A program made the position numbers and the translations under genes. The notes under the pieces were generated by a model, which had not been told where the DNA came from, searched no databases, and was given only the letters and a program-made list of their open reading frames with translations. Positions 36,794-49,960 of a stretch of DNA of 64,000 nucleotides are shown piece by piece (position 1 is the first letter of the stretch; the number at the start of each line of letters is the position of its first letter). The stretch comes from Octopus vulgaris (lineage: Eukaryota), in the NCBI GenBank assembly GCA_951406725.2, contig OX597819.1, positions 114,142,001 to 114,206,000 of the forward strand, in the 5' to 3' direction.

Positions 36794-37836
36794 TATTGTA
36801 TGTACGTGTGTGTGTATGTATTTATATGTGTGATTATGTTTTGGCTGTTTGTTTCCCTTCTGAAATATATTTCTCATAAAACTTTAAAAAAAAAAAACAA
36901 TTATATATTAATATATATATAATCCCTTTGCCAAAGTCATATGTAACATAATTTAGTTAAACATAATATTGATGGTAATTGATATAAAGTTAACTTAACA
37001 GTATTGTGACTATTATTATTGTCGCTGCTGCTATTATCACCTTTGACAATACAATTGACGAGCTGACAAAATAACAATTAATAAGTTCACAAAACATTTG
37101 CTCTGTCTTTATTGTCTCTGCATTCCATTGATCCTACCTCTGTATAATTAATACCATCTGCTACTGGGAGTCATGATATTTCACTAGTCCCCTCTCTTTT
37201 ACTTGTAAAATTATACATATAATTCAAATTATCTAATGTGATTTTTATCGTAATATTCATTGTTGTTATTGTTTTTGTTGTTATTACCATTATTATCATT
37301 TACATAGCGAATTTGATGTTTTTTAAAATAAAAAACTGCTTTAATCGTATTATACACATTTAAAAAAAAAATTCTGTTATTGCTTCAAATCCTATAAGCA
37401 TAGATATAAAAATGATCTTACAAATACATATATAAATACATATTTGTGTATTTGCATATATCTGTGTCTATGTGTAAGAGTTAGTATACATATGTGTGCA
37501 TGTATGTGTATTTGTGTCTTTTTATAGACACAAATACTGAAAATGTTGCTTGTTCATATATGGATTGTGTGTGAAACAAAATTCATTTTTTAAATGTGAT
37601 TTTCAATGTTCATCATAATATCAATTGCATCTCTATGTAAAAGGTTTGCATCTGTCTAAGTGTATGATGAAAGATGTGTTTGTATGTTACATTTATCCAT
37701 GTTATGGGTATATCTATGTGTTTGCTCATATATGAGTTAATATGTATATGTGTCTTTCTGGCTATGTATGTATATGCATCCAGGATGTGTGCATATAGAA
37801 ATATATCTATAAGCATATGTATGTGTGTAAATGTGA

Positions 37837-37879
<43 letters not shown>

Positions 37880-40413
37880 AATATATATTTTAAATGTGCT
37901 AATGCAAATGTGTATATCATCATCTTTTAACGTCCATTTTCCATGTTGGCATGGGTTGGGCGATTTGACTAAAAACTGATAAGCTGGGGAGCTGCACCAG
38001 GCTCCAAATTGATTTGGCATGGTTTTTATGGATTGATACCCTTACTAATGCCATATATATATCTGTGGATGTATATGTATATTTGTAGATGTATATATAT
38101 GTAGATCTATGTGTGTATGTATATATGTGTGTGTGTGTGTGTGTGACTTTGTGTGCATATACATAATTGGGTTCATTCTCTAAGTCTCTCTCTTTTTTCC
38201 ATATTACTAGGTGTAATTTTCTTCCTTCCATCTAAAGGACTCCTGATTACTAATTATATATAAATGCTTCATGATGATAATGATGATGATCCAAATGTAA
38301 ATTTTGTATGATTTGATTCTATGGTTGAAGAATTTCTGATTTGAAAATATCTTACATAGTTTCTACTACATGTACAATTTTTTAACTCCTATTAGAAAAT
38401 GAAACATGTGTAATGGTGAATAGATAATATGAAAAACATTTCCAATCTCCTGTTGTGATATGTGTGTATATATTCTGATCCCTGTCCATTTGGAGTATAC
38501 TCAGAACTTTGCCACTAAGTCTATCCTGTTGCCTCCCACTCTCTCTCTCCTTTCCCTGCACTTCACTCAGGTTGGATAACCATGTATTTCCTTTGCAGCA
38601 GTGCACCTGTTTCTGTCTTCATTCCTGATCTCTCTTTCCCTCCGGGCTGGGTAACCTTGTACCTCCTCTACAGCAAGACGCCTGTTTCTGTCTCCCTGTC
38701 TCAGTATAACCTTTCATTATCTGATACAAGATCTCTTCCAATGCCCCTTCTCCTCTCAAAAGAGATTTTTTTGTCTTGCAAGTACTTGGTGACCCTCTCA
38801 GTGCAGGTGCTACTTAAAAGCACCCAGTCCACACTGTAAAATGGTTGTGTTTAGAATGGCATCCAGCTGCAAAACCTTGCCAAAACTAACTTTGCCTGTG
38901 CTTGTGCCTCATAAAAAGCACTAAGTCCACTCTGCTAGGTGGTTGGTGCTAGGAAGGACATCTAGCTGTAAAAATCCTGTCAAAACAGTTGCAGAAGTTT
39001 GGTGCAGGCTTCTACCTGGCTGGTATCTGTCAAACTGTCCCACCCATGCCAGCATGGGAGGCAGACATTAAGTGATGAAGAAGATGATTATACATATGTA
39101 TATATTTTATCAGTTGATCAATCAATTAATAAAACTGAACCATAAACACGTGTGCATGTGTGTGTGTGTGCACGCTCGCATGTGCATGTGTGTGTATACA
39201 TGTGTGTATGTGTGTGTATACATATGTGTGTGTATGTGTGTGTGCATGTGTGTGCATACATGTGTGTATGCATGTGTATGTGTATGTGTGCATGTGTGTA
39301 TATACGTTTGTGGCATGTGTTTCCGTCGGTGTTTAAGGATTCATATACACACCACACACACAAATCCATTTATAATATATTTTCTTAATTCCTGCTTTCT
39401 TTTATTCATTTCCTGGTGGATACATTTATTTGTACGCCCACCTTCACATTCATTATCTTTGCCCTATATTTCACAAATGGTGTCATAAGATCATGTCACC
39501 TACATCTCTCTCACACAAAAACCATCTCAACAATGCTTTCACTTTACTTTACAACAATGTATCCACCCCGTTGTTATTATTGTTATTGTTGTTGTTGCTG
39601 ATGCTGCTACTAATGTTGCTGCCTGATTAAGTTGGCAGAATTAGAACCTTCCTTGCCAGACAGCAACTACTACTCCTCCATCCGAATATCTTAGCTTTTG
39701 TTAGATAAGGGTAGATGGGATAGATGTGGATGTTTTTTCTTGCAGCCATTAAGCTGGAATTATTCAAGAGGAAAATTAATTTCAAAGACTGTCTGCAAAG
39801 GTCATAGGTATAGCCCCTTCCTCCAGATTGAACCAATAGAAAAATAAGATAAGATGTATGAAAGTTAGGGACCAACCTCCCCTTCCACCAAAAAAGGAAT
39901 CTGAAGATAGATGTTGAGGGAGGTTCTTAGGCAATTAGGATGGGTTAATGGGTGAGGATTACCAGGGTATATGTAGTGGCAAGGATGAGTTAGAGATTAA
40001 ACAAGTAGATTAGCTGAATGGTTAATGGATAATGGTTTGTGGAAACTACAGGAGAAATAAGTCAGAATAAACAGAGAGGAATATCCTGAGGTAATTATTT
40101 TTGTGGATGGGAGTAGTGGTAGAGGTAAGGGATATATGTAAAACAGGTGTGGGTGTGTGGTTAAGAAATTTGCTTACCAACTACATGGTTTTGGGTTCAG
40201 TCCCACTTGCGTGACACCTTGGACAAGTGTCTCCTGCTATAGTTCCAGGCCAGCCAAAGCTTTGTGAGTGGGTTAAATAGATGGAAACTGAAAGAAGCCC
40301 ATCATATATATACAACTATATATATATATATATATAACAGCACAGTCATATTTGTGTGTGTGTGTATATATATATATATATCATCATCATTTAATGTCTG
40401 TTTTCCGTGCTAG

Positions 40414-40468
<55 letters not shown>

Positions 40469-40471
40469 TTA

Positions 40472-41155
40472 CAAGGTGCGATGGGTAAATTGTCGTCATT
40501 TTATATTGTTAATTTCGTGCATGTGCATTGTTTGTTTTTGATTTTGTCGACTACACAGCATAGTAGGGTCAGTTGGGCACCATCTGCGAGAAAAACAGCA
40601 CCATGACACAATTCACTCTGCCAGAAATTTGGAAATGACATGCTATACTGCTTGGCATTCATACCAGAAGCTTTAATACACACATTTCAGAGTATTTAGG
40701 TGTCAATCTGAGGACATCCGAGAGAGATAAAATTCAAACATCCAGTCAACATCATGGTGTTTGGAGTGATCACTAGTGATGGCAACATTATGCCTCCATT
40801 CATTTTTCCACACAGCCTCAGACTCAACACAGAGGCCTATATCAAGTTTGTGGAGGAGATAGTGTTGCTCTGGGTCAAGAGGGTGGCTTCTGGAAGACCC
40901 TATGTCTGGCAACAGGACTCTGCACTGTGCCACACAAGCAGTAGAACCCAGTTATGGCTGTCAGACAATTTCTGCAACCATATCACCCCTAACATCTGGC
41001 CACCTAGCTCCCCAGACTGTAACCTCCTCGATCATTTATGTGTGGGGTGCAGTTGAGCAAGAGACCAACAAAATTCCTTGTAACACCAAAGATGAACTGA
41101 AGGCAAGGATTATGGCAGCATTCACCGACTTAAATGAGGAGACTGTCATTTAAAT
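40472..41155 (+). mobile_element. Internally deleted Tc1/mariner element of DD37D (maT-like) type
   Basis: Starts TA|caaggtgcgatggg; MVFGVITSDG...WQQDSALCH...WPPSSPDCNLLD, with 37 residues between 2nd and 3rd Asp; right TIR not seen. Confidence 0.8.
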
Positions 41156-41936
41156 ATATAGCTGAGGTAAATGTGGAGTATGAGAGGTATGCAGTGAGAT
41201 GGTTAAAATGTGGAGCTTGTTGTAAGATAGGATGGCAAAGATATGGTATAGTTAGGACATATATAGCTAGAGCATGGCAGAAACGTTAGCACGTCGGGCG
41301 AGATGCTTAGCAGTATTTCATCTGCCGCTACGTTCTGAGTTCAAATTCCACCGAGGTCGACTTTGCCTTTCATCCTTTGCCTTTCATCAACGCACTGGGG
41401 TTGTAATCGACTTAATACTTTTGTTTGTCCCCTCTATGTTTAGCCCCTTGTGGGTAATAAAGAAATATATATAGCTGGAGCAGGGTTAAGGCAAGAGAGA
41501 AATAAAATGGTGTAACTGGGATAAGTAATTAGGGCGGAGGTATGGCAGTTTATGTGTAAGGTAGGCTGGTTAGACTTGTTGCTGTTAGAAATAGGACTGA
41601 TGTAGTGTAGTGCTTGTGACAAACAGCACAATCTGTGCATGATCAGGCTGACATGTTATTCACTCAGCTATTGCAATATCTCGTTAATTCAAGCAATTAA
41701 TTCATTTCAAGACGAATTCAAATGAGATTATTCATCAATCGATTAAGTACTCCAATCATTCAATCAGTCACTCTGACGAGATGTGTTTTTATTATATAAA
41801 ACACACACACACACAAACACCCCCGCATACCCCCACAAACACACGGACACACACACACACACACTACATACACTCCTGGAAAGTACTTAACTATAATCCT
41901 TATCTACACATACATTTGTTTATACATGTATGTGTG

Positions 41937-41963
41937 TCTATCTATCCATCTATCGATCCATCC

Positions 41964-42015
<52 letters not shown>

Positions 42016-42098
42016 GTCTATCTATCCATCTATCCATCTATCTATCTATCTATCTATCTCTCTTTCTTCCTTTCTTCTTTTCTTTCTATCTATCTATC
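41937..42098. repeat. (TCTA)n/(TCCA)n microsatellite
   Basis: Direct reading. Confidence 0.95.
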
Positions 42099-43264
42099 AT
42101 CAACTTCATCTTTTTTTTACATCCACCTTTCCAGGCTGGAATTGGTTGGATGGATTTTCTGTGGGAATGTTACACTGCTGGATGCCCTTCCAGTCGCTAA
42201 CTCTTTTAGTCATCTCTTACAGCCTGTAAGGATGCAGTGTATCCAGTGTATCACTAGGATATACATGTGGCTTATTTATCTATTTATCCATCTACAAGCA
42301 TGCACACAAATTTACTAATATACAGTTGTGTGTATTTTTAATACATGTATATATATGTATAAATATATATATACATATATATTTAAATGTTATATATATA
42401 ATGTTATATATTTATTTAAATATATATATATTTATATATATAATGTTAAATATATATATTTAAATGTTATATATATATGTATATATATATATATATATAT
42501 ATTTAAATGTTGAAGTGAACCTAACGGTTTTGTGTGTTTCTTAAATGGCTTATAAACACCTTCCACACTGCAATTGCTTTCATTCCAGCACACGATCTCA
42601 GATCAGATCACTTGCTATGCAAGTACATCTCCGTAATATATACATATATATATAATGTGATTATGTAAATACAGTGTACATTTAAACACATAAGAGGTAT
42701 CCATCGTAGGATACCTGGCACGTAAAAGAATTTCTCACCTTCCTAAGCATCAATGTGATTATATATATAATCAATTTCTTTATTAACCATGAGGTTGAGA
42801 AAAAGAGGGGATGATATAAGGACAGACAAAACAAACATTGGGGTCAGGGTATTGAATGAGACGAAATGTATGAATAAATAAACAATTAAAATATATACAA
42901 TTAAATGAGAATGAGTGATTAACAAAGAATGAAGCAGAGGACGTGGTCGACCCCACAAAACCACATACTCACACTGAAGACTTTACTTTGTCCTTGTTTT
43001 GTTCTTGTTTAAACAGGTTCTTTCACTCGCAGCATACTTGCTATAGACTTCATCTTTTACAAAACACACTTTGCGACAGGCATTTCTTCTCCAGCCTTAT
43101 TTTCCATTTTATGTGAAAAATGAAAATGTTGGTTAGCTCGAGGCTGGAAATGAACATGCCTGTTGCAATTCCTTTCACTTTCGTCTTTTGCAACAACAAC
43201 AACCAAGAGAAAACAGGCTCACTCCTCCCTATTCAACCATGATTGACTGTTAAATCCACAAATT

Positions 43265-43419
43265 TTTATTATTCTCTCTCTGTTTATTTTCTCATGTTCC
43301 TTTCTGTTGAAGAGCGTAGACTCAAAATGTAAAAGACATTCTCACCTTCCTAAGCATCAAACTAATACACCTGCTTGTTTATACACCTGTCTTCATTTTT
43401 GTTTTTCTGTAAATTTCAA

Positions 43420-43420
<1 letters not shown>
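43265..43420 (+). mobile_element. Putative Penelope-like LTR piece with decayed minimal hammerhead (43300-43335)
   Basis: cuuu-CUGUUGA-agagcguagacuc-AAAAUGUA-aaag matches the minimal-HHR layout with core substitutions; homologue at 45245-45410(-). Confidence 0.5.
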
Positions 43421-43501
<81 letters not shown>

Positions 43502-43826
43502 GAGAGTCCATCATTTATATATATATATATATATAAATGATGGACTCTCCCATCGAAAACGACATATGAGCATTCAACTTTTGACAAATGACCTGCACAA
43601 ATGATTTGTTTATGCTGATCAAATATTCCTGCCACATATTAGCTCACTCTCTCCATCAAATCGAAGTTATCTGAACAGGTGTATGGTGTACCACACGTCA
43701 GGTGACTGCAGAGCAACATGTGACAAAGTGTTTTGTTCAAGAACACAGCACATCACCTGGTGTAGGAACTGAAATCACGATCTCTAGTTTGTGAATGCAA
43801 CACCCTAACCACTAAGCCATGTGCCC

Positions 43827-43892
<66 letters not shown>

Positions 43893-44631
43893 ATAAAAAG
43901 CACCATTCTAGTGTGGCCGATGTCAGTACCGCCTAACTGGTTCCTGTGCAGGTGGCACAAAATTCTGTCCTACATATATGAGTATGAAAAATATGATGAT
44001 GATGATGATGATATTGCATTAGGTGTAGTCCTTACGACAAGTCGTTGTCAAGGCAGAGGATGCAACAGTTTAAGCTAGACGTTAGGTTAGAGAAGATATT
44101 TTCTGTTCCTTTTAATGGTACTTGCAGAAATTGCAAGTGTACATGCAGCTTTCTATGTGGTTGAAAATGATTTAGCAGAGCAAATCCATCTATCAGCATG
44201 GCCAATCTTGTGGGGAAAAAAAAGAAGTCTACCAAAGCTAGAATCATTAAAAACTACTTAGATTACAAATTGATACGTTTGCAGGCATCAAAGCTTTCTC
44301 ACAGCCTGATCTAAAGTTATTAGGAAAACCTCAAAGCTCTTCAACTATGTGATGCACATGGGAAAGAAAATGAAAATCTCTTATCTTTCACTTGTTTTAG
44401 TCATTGAATTGTGGCAATGCTGGAGCACTACTTTGAAGAGTTTAGTCCAAAGAATCAACTCCAGTGATTATTTCCCCCCCAAAAAATGGTACTTATTCTG
44501 TCAGTCTCTTTTGTCAAGCCACTAAGTTACAGCTGTAAACAAATCAACATTTGTTGTCAAGCAGTGGGGTGGGGTTAGACAAATTGAAAAAACTCACACA
44601 CATCTATCTGTCTGAATGCATGTATGTGTGT

Positions 44632-45046
44632 GTCATCATCATCATCATCATCATCCAGTGTTTTAAATCCAGGTTTTGTCCCCTTTAACGGGGGTGGTCA
44701 GATCTACCTCAATGCCATTGCAACTGCCCTCATACCATCTCGCCATCTAGCCTGGTTTGGAGCGTCCTCCTTTTTGTCAATCTCCTCCACCACCTGTCCC
44801 CTCTACCTTTTGCTTAGTCTACCTTACTTTCATTTACCTCAAACATAATCACCCTCCTCAAAACATGCTCTTCATCCCTCCTCAACACATACCCATACCA
44901 CCTCACTCCATTTGCCCTTGCCAGCCATTCCACCGATTCCTCCAACCCCAGCATTCCCATCTAATCCTCAGTCCTCCTTTTATCAAACAGCTCCACCCCA
45001 CACATTTCTCTCACCATTGCTCTCTCAGTCCTTCTCCAAATTGCCG
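44632..45046 (-). mobile_element. RTE LINE 3' end (second family) with (GAT)n tail
   Basis: RRTERAMVREMCGVELFDKRRTED*MGMLGLEESVEWLARANGVRWYGYVLRRDEEHVLRR. Confidence 0.85.
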
Positions 45047-45244
45047 GTGACACGTAAAAAACACCCACTACACTCACGGAGTGGTCGGCGTTAGGAAGGG
45101 CATCCAGCTGTAGAAACACTGCCAAATCAGACTAGAGCCTGGTGCAGCCTCTATGGCTTCCAGACCCCGGTCAAACCATCCAACCCATGCTAGCGTGGAA
45201 AACGGACGTTAAATGATGATGATGATGATGATGATATATATATA

Positions 45245-45410
45245 TAGGGAGAATTCACAAAAAAACAAAAGATGAAGACAGGTGGTGTAGAAAACAAACA
45301 GATGTATTAGTATAAAGCTCAGGAAGTGAAAAAGTCTTCCACAGAAAGGAACACAGAAAGAAACAAGGAGAGAAAATAAATGTGTAGTAGCTAGCGATCT
45401 ATCATGGCGA
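45245..45410 (-). mobile_element. Putative PLE LTR piece in (TA)n, hammerhead centre deleted
   Basis: Aligns with 43265-43420 except for a 23-nt gap between two aaga words. Confidence 0.55.
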
Positions 45411-45425
45411 ATATATATGTATATG

Positions 45426-45525
<100 letters not shown>

Positions 45526-45867
45526 GACAAACTTCCACACAGATTCCCTCTACCAAATTTGATCCAGGGCTCTAATGGAAGGCACTTGCCCAAACTGCTG
45601 TACAGTGGGACTGAACCCAAAATCACATGGTTGCAAAGTGACCTTCTTAACCACATTTTGTTACCTAAAAGAAATTCATAGCCAACCAAGTCATCAATCA
45701 CCAAAACTTCAGCATTATTGCTTTCAATGTTTCTAAAGTTCCTACTGTCATTCAAAGCAAGACTTCTGATAAAGATGTTCCAGTTTCAGCCATCTTGTCT
45801 CGTTTCCAGGCATAGTGTAGCAATTACATTATTCAATGTTTCTTTGTATTTTATATCATTGTTTGTG

Positions 45868-46590
45868 AAAGCACATGGTTTAGTGGTTAGGGTATTCAGC
45901 TTACAATTGTAAAGTTGTGAGTTCAATTCTCAGTAGTGCATTGTGTCCTTGAGCAGGACACTTTATTTCACATTTCTCCAGTTCACTCAGCTGGAAAAAA
46001 TGAGTAGTACTTATATTTAAAGGGCCAGCCTTGTCACATTCTGTGTCATACTGGATCTCCCAGAGAACTACATTAAGGGTATATGTGTCTGTGGAGTGCA
46101 CAGCCACTTGCACGTTAATTTCATGTAGGTGTAAGAGTGACTGTGTGGTAAGTAGCTTGCTTACCAACCACATGGTTCTGGGTTCACTCCCACTGCATGG
46201 CACCTTGGGCAAGTGCCTTCTACTATAGCCTTGGGCCGACCAAAGCCTTGTGAATGGATTTGGTAGACGGAAATTGAAAGAAGCCCGTCGTATATATGTA
46301 TGTATGTGTGTGTATATGTTTGTGTGTCTGTGTTTGTCCCCCCAACATCACTTGACAACCGATGCTGGTGTGTTTACGTCCCCGTAACTTAGCAGTTCGG
46401 CAAAAGAGACCAATAGAATAAGTACTAGGCTTACAAAGAATAAGTCCTGGGGTCGATTTGCTCGATCAACTAAAGGCGGTGCTCCAGCATGGCCGCAGTC
46501 AAATGACTGAAACAAGTAAAAGAGTATAAAAGAAAGGCTGTTCAGTTGATTGGGTCAACTAGAACCCTCGTTGTAACCGACAGAGTGTCA
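45868..46590 (+). mobile_element. tRNA-derived SINE (family F) split by a SINE A insertion
   Basis: catggtttagtggttag...gagttcaattc...tgtgtccttgagcaggacacttt; resumes after 46533; same head at 61872. Confidence 0.7.
46127..46533 (+). mobile_element. SINE family A, full length, CpG-retaining
   Basis: Complete head, microsatellite and tail. Confidence 0.9.
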
Positions 46591-47464
46591 TATCATTGTT
46601 TATTTGAGGGTTATGATTCACTCTGTTTTTACTCAAAGTTCTGAGGGAGATTTAGCTGCTTTATCCAGTAGGTTGAGCAACTTCATACAAGCTCTTTGTG
46701 TGTCTGAATATATGCTGTGTTGTTTTGTCCGAGATGTATGATGAATACTTTGATGTGAAATATATTTGCACTTAGGTATGGCTGGGAAGATTTTTCACAA
46801 GTTCACGAAGAATAAGGCCAGTCTTTTAATAAATGTGATGAAATGTGCTCTAGCTATATTTTTAAAAAGTGTGTGTGTGAGAGGGATAGAGAGAGGGTGG
46901 TTTGGTTCTACTTGAGAGATTATCTTGGTGAATAGATAATACTGGTAGGGCAGAGATATGGCAAGTAAGAACTTAAGTACATTAGTTTCAGAGAATTTTC
47001 AAGTGAACTAGACTTATTGGCTAGCTGATGGACAGCTGATTCAGGAATGACATTTTCTTTTCTCTAAAGACACAAGTCTCTGTGGATTGTTTTAGATTTT
47101 ACACACAGATACTGTATTATTTCATCAGATGTAGACAGTTTAGTTTTTGACTTAACCTCAAGTATACTTAAACAAACATATCAGAGCATCCTATCAGTAC
47201 AACAGTGTTATTGTAGAAAATGTCTCTGACATTTAAGCTTCTGAGACAACGGAAGGCCTGGTTTCTGGTGTGTTTCTCTTTCGCAGTTATCAAGGTTATA
47301 TAAAGATAGTCAATGGACACTGAAACATCTCAGCTGAAAAATACAATTTTAATGTGATTTTCTTTTTTTTATTTCCTTTTTTTTTTTTTATATATTTTTG
47401 TATTTGCCTTTCTGTGCAAGGTTAAAATTAATCCAGTAAAGTACGTATTTTATTTATTTTTATT

Positions 47465-47810
47465 TCATTTCATCTAGTTTCAGCTCACGAGTTGTGGCCA
47501 TGCTGGGGCACCACCAACTGGTGTTGCTACATAATTTTACTTCACGAATGCTTTTTAGCAATTGACATTTGGTGCATGGGAGAGTTTGATGCAGCTGCCC
47601 TCATCTGCACCTCCTGGCGTGAAGTTGGTTCATCTGGGACACCTGACAGGAAGAGGTCCAGCTTTATTTTGAAGACACCTACATCCACCCCATGCAGGTC
47701 TCTCAGGTCCTTCGGGAGGATATTGAAAAGTTGTGGACCTCTGAAGCCCAGGCTATTGCAGTATCTTGTCCTACATCTTGATGGCAAATTTGGAGTCCTT
47801 GGCACCCCAT
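47465..47810 (-). mobile_element. CR1-type LINE 3' end (second family)
   Basis: NSLGFRGPQLFNILPKDLRDLHGVDVGVFKIKLDLFLSGVPDEP; older copy at 50915-51590. Confidence 0.8.
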
Positions 47811-47908
47811 TATGATTATAATGACAATAATGTTTCTTATTTTGGCTCAAAGGCTGGCAATATTGAGGGGAGGACCTATTCGCTTACATCAACCCTAACA
47901 TAGACTAG

Positions 47909-48311
47909 TACTCTTTACTTGTTTCAGTCATTTGACTGTGGCCATGCTGGAGCACAGCCTTTAGTCGAGCAAATCGACCCCAGGACTTATTCTTTGTAAG
48001 CCCAGTACTTATTCTATCGGTCTCTTTTGCCGAACCGCTAAGTGACGGGGACGTAAACACACCAGCATCGGTTGTCAAGCAATGCTAGGGGGACAAACAC
48101 AGACACACAAACATATACACACACACTTATATATATATACATATATACGACAGGCTTCTTTCAGTTTCCATCTACCAAATCAACTCACAAGGCATTGGTC
48201 GGCCCGGGGCTATAGCAGAAGACACTTGCCCAACATGCCACGCAGTGGGACTGAACCCGAAACCATGTGGTTGGTTAGCAAGCTACTTACCACACAGCCA
48301 TTCCTGCGCCT
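47909..48311 (-). mobile_element. SINE family A, full length, CpG-retaining
   Basis: Near reverse complement of 46127-46533. Confidence 0.9.
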
Positions 48312-48844
48312 ATTTCCTTTTTTTTTTTCTATTTTTGTATTTGCCTTTCTGTGCAAGGTTAAAATTAATCCAGTAAAGTACATGTTTTATATATTTATTT
48401 TTTTTAAATTTTATTTCATCTAGTTTCAACTCACGAGCTGTGGCCATGCTGAGGCACTGCCAATTGGTGCTGCTACATAATTTTACTTCACAAATGCTTT
48501 TTAGCAATTGACATTTGGTGCATGGGACAAACATATACACACACATACAAACATATATATATATATATATAGATACATAGATACATATATATGACTGTCT
48601 TCTTTCAGTTTCCGTATACCAAATCCACTCACAAGTCTTTGGTCGGCCTGAGGCTATAGTAGAAGACACTTTCCCATGGTGCCACGCAGTGGGAATGAAC
48701 CCAGAATCATGTGGTTGGTAAGCAAGCTACTTACCACACAACAACTCCTGTGCCTTTATTTTGTACTTTATTTTGTCAATCCCAAAAGGATGAAAGGACT
48801 TGAGCTCAACATGTAAAGAGTCAGAAGAAATGCCATTAAACATG

Positions 48845-49145
48845 GTTTTTAAAATGAATATATCTGGAATAAACTCGACAACTCTGACAAATGAGAATAC
48901 TAAAAATGAACCCGACCGCTCTCAATAATTAAATTAAAAAACCGGAAGAATAATCCCAAATCTTTGTCCGGTACCAGATCGATCTCAAAATCTAATCAGT
49001 TTATGCCAGTCACTAGGCCAAACATCCCTGAAAGTTTCATCTGAATCCATCCAGCGGTTCTTGAGATATCTTGTCCATGGACTAACAAACAAAAAACAAA
49101 CATGACTGAAAACAATACCCCCGCCTTCACTAAGGTGGAGGTAAT
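48845..49145 (-). mobile_element. Helentron/HINE-like element, partial
   Basis: Homologous to 700-990 including the terminal hairpin. Confidence 0.55.
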
Positions 49146-49169
49146 GATAATCAATCAATTCCTTGTAGT

Positions 49170-49960
49170 TACATCTGAAGTTGCTGGAAAAAATAGGTGG
49201 GATTGGCTTATGAAAGGAAACCTAAGAGAAAGAGACTGAGAGCACTATAGAGGACCAAGCTCTGGCCATGGACTGTAAGGTCAACCTGGGGAAATGAGCA
49301 AGTGTCTCCACTGTGCCGCATCTGCAATAGAGTAGATGAAACCATTGCCTATATCACGAAAGAATGCCTTAAACTTGCCCAAAGCCACTACAAGTTATGG
49401 TGACATGACCAGGTAGTGAAAGTGCTACATTGGAAACTGTGCAAAAAGTGGGGGTTAGAGTGGGGCAAAATGTGGTATGAGCATAAACCACAAAAAGTGT
49501 CAGAGTCAGAGATTAGCAAAATCCTCTGGGGTTTTCCAATCCAAACAGATCAGCTGCTAGAGCATAACAGACCAATCCTAGTGGTGGTGGACAAAGTGCA
49601 CCACATATGCTATATAGTTGATGTTGCATGCCCATTTGACTCATGAATAGTCAAGAAGGAAGATGAAAAGATAGATAGATAAATACAACCTTCTTAAGTA
49701 CAAAATAGCACAGCTATAGAAAATGAAGAAGGTGAAGATAGTGCCAATTATTTTTGGATTCTTGGGAACAGTATCAGAAGGCATCAAGATGAATATAAAA
49801 GAAATTGGAATAGAGCACCTAGTAGAACTGTTACAAAAGGTTTGCTTCCTTGGCATGGCCAGAATTATCAGGAAGGTATTAGATAGCTGAAAAGAACAAA
49901 TAGCATGGTGCCATAGGCTGCAGGTAGTAAGCCCGCTACACATGCAAGACTCTAGGAACC
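49170..49960 (+). mobile_element. R4/Dong-type (RLE) LINE 3' relic
   Basis: CRICNRVDETIAYITKEC...HDQVVKVLHWKLCKKWG...KILWGFPIQTDQLLEHNRPILVVVDK...IVDVACPFD. Confidence 0.85.

Noticed and set aside
38605-38700. Minus-strand GAAACAGGTG / GAAACAGGCGTC resembling hammerhead stem III
   Set aside because: No CUGANGA core upstream.
41773-41815. CTGACGAG followed by a stem
   Set aside because: No GAAA or cleavage site downstream.
47270-47340. Strong-looking splice acceptors on both strands
   Set aside because: No sizeable open frame or convincing paired donor.
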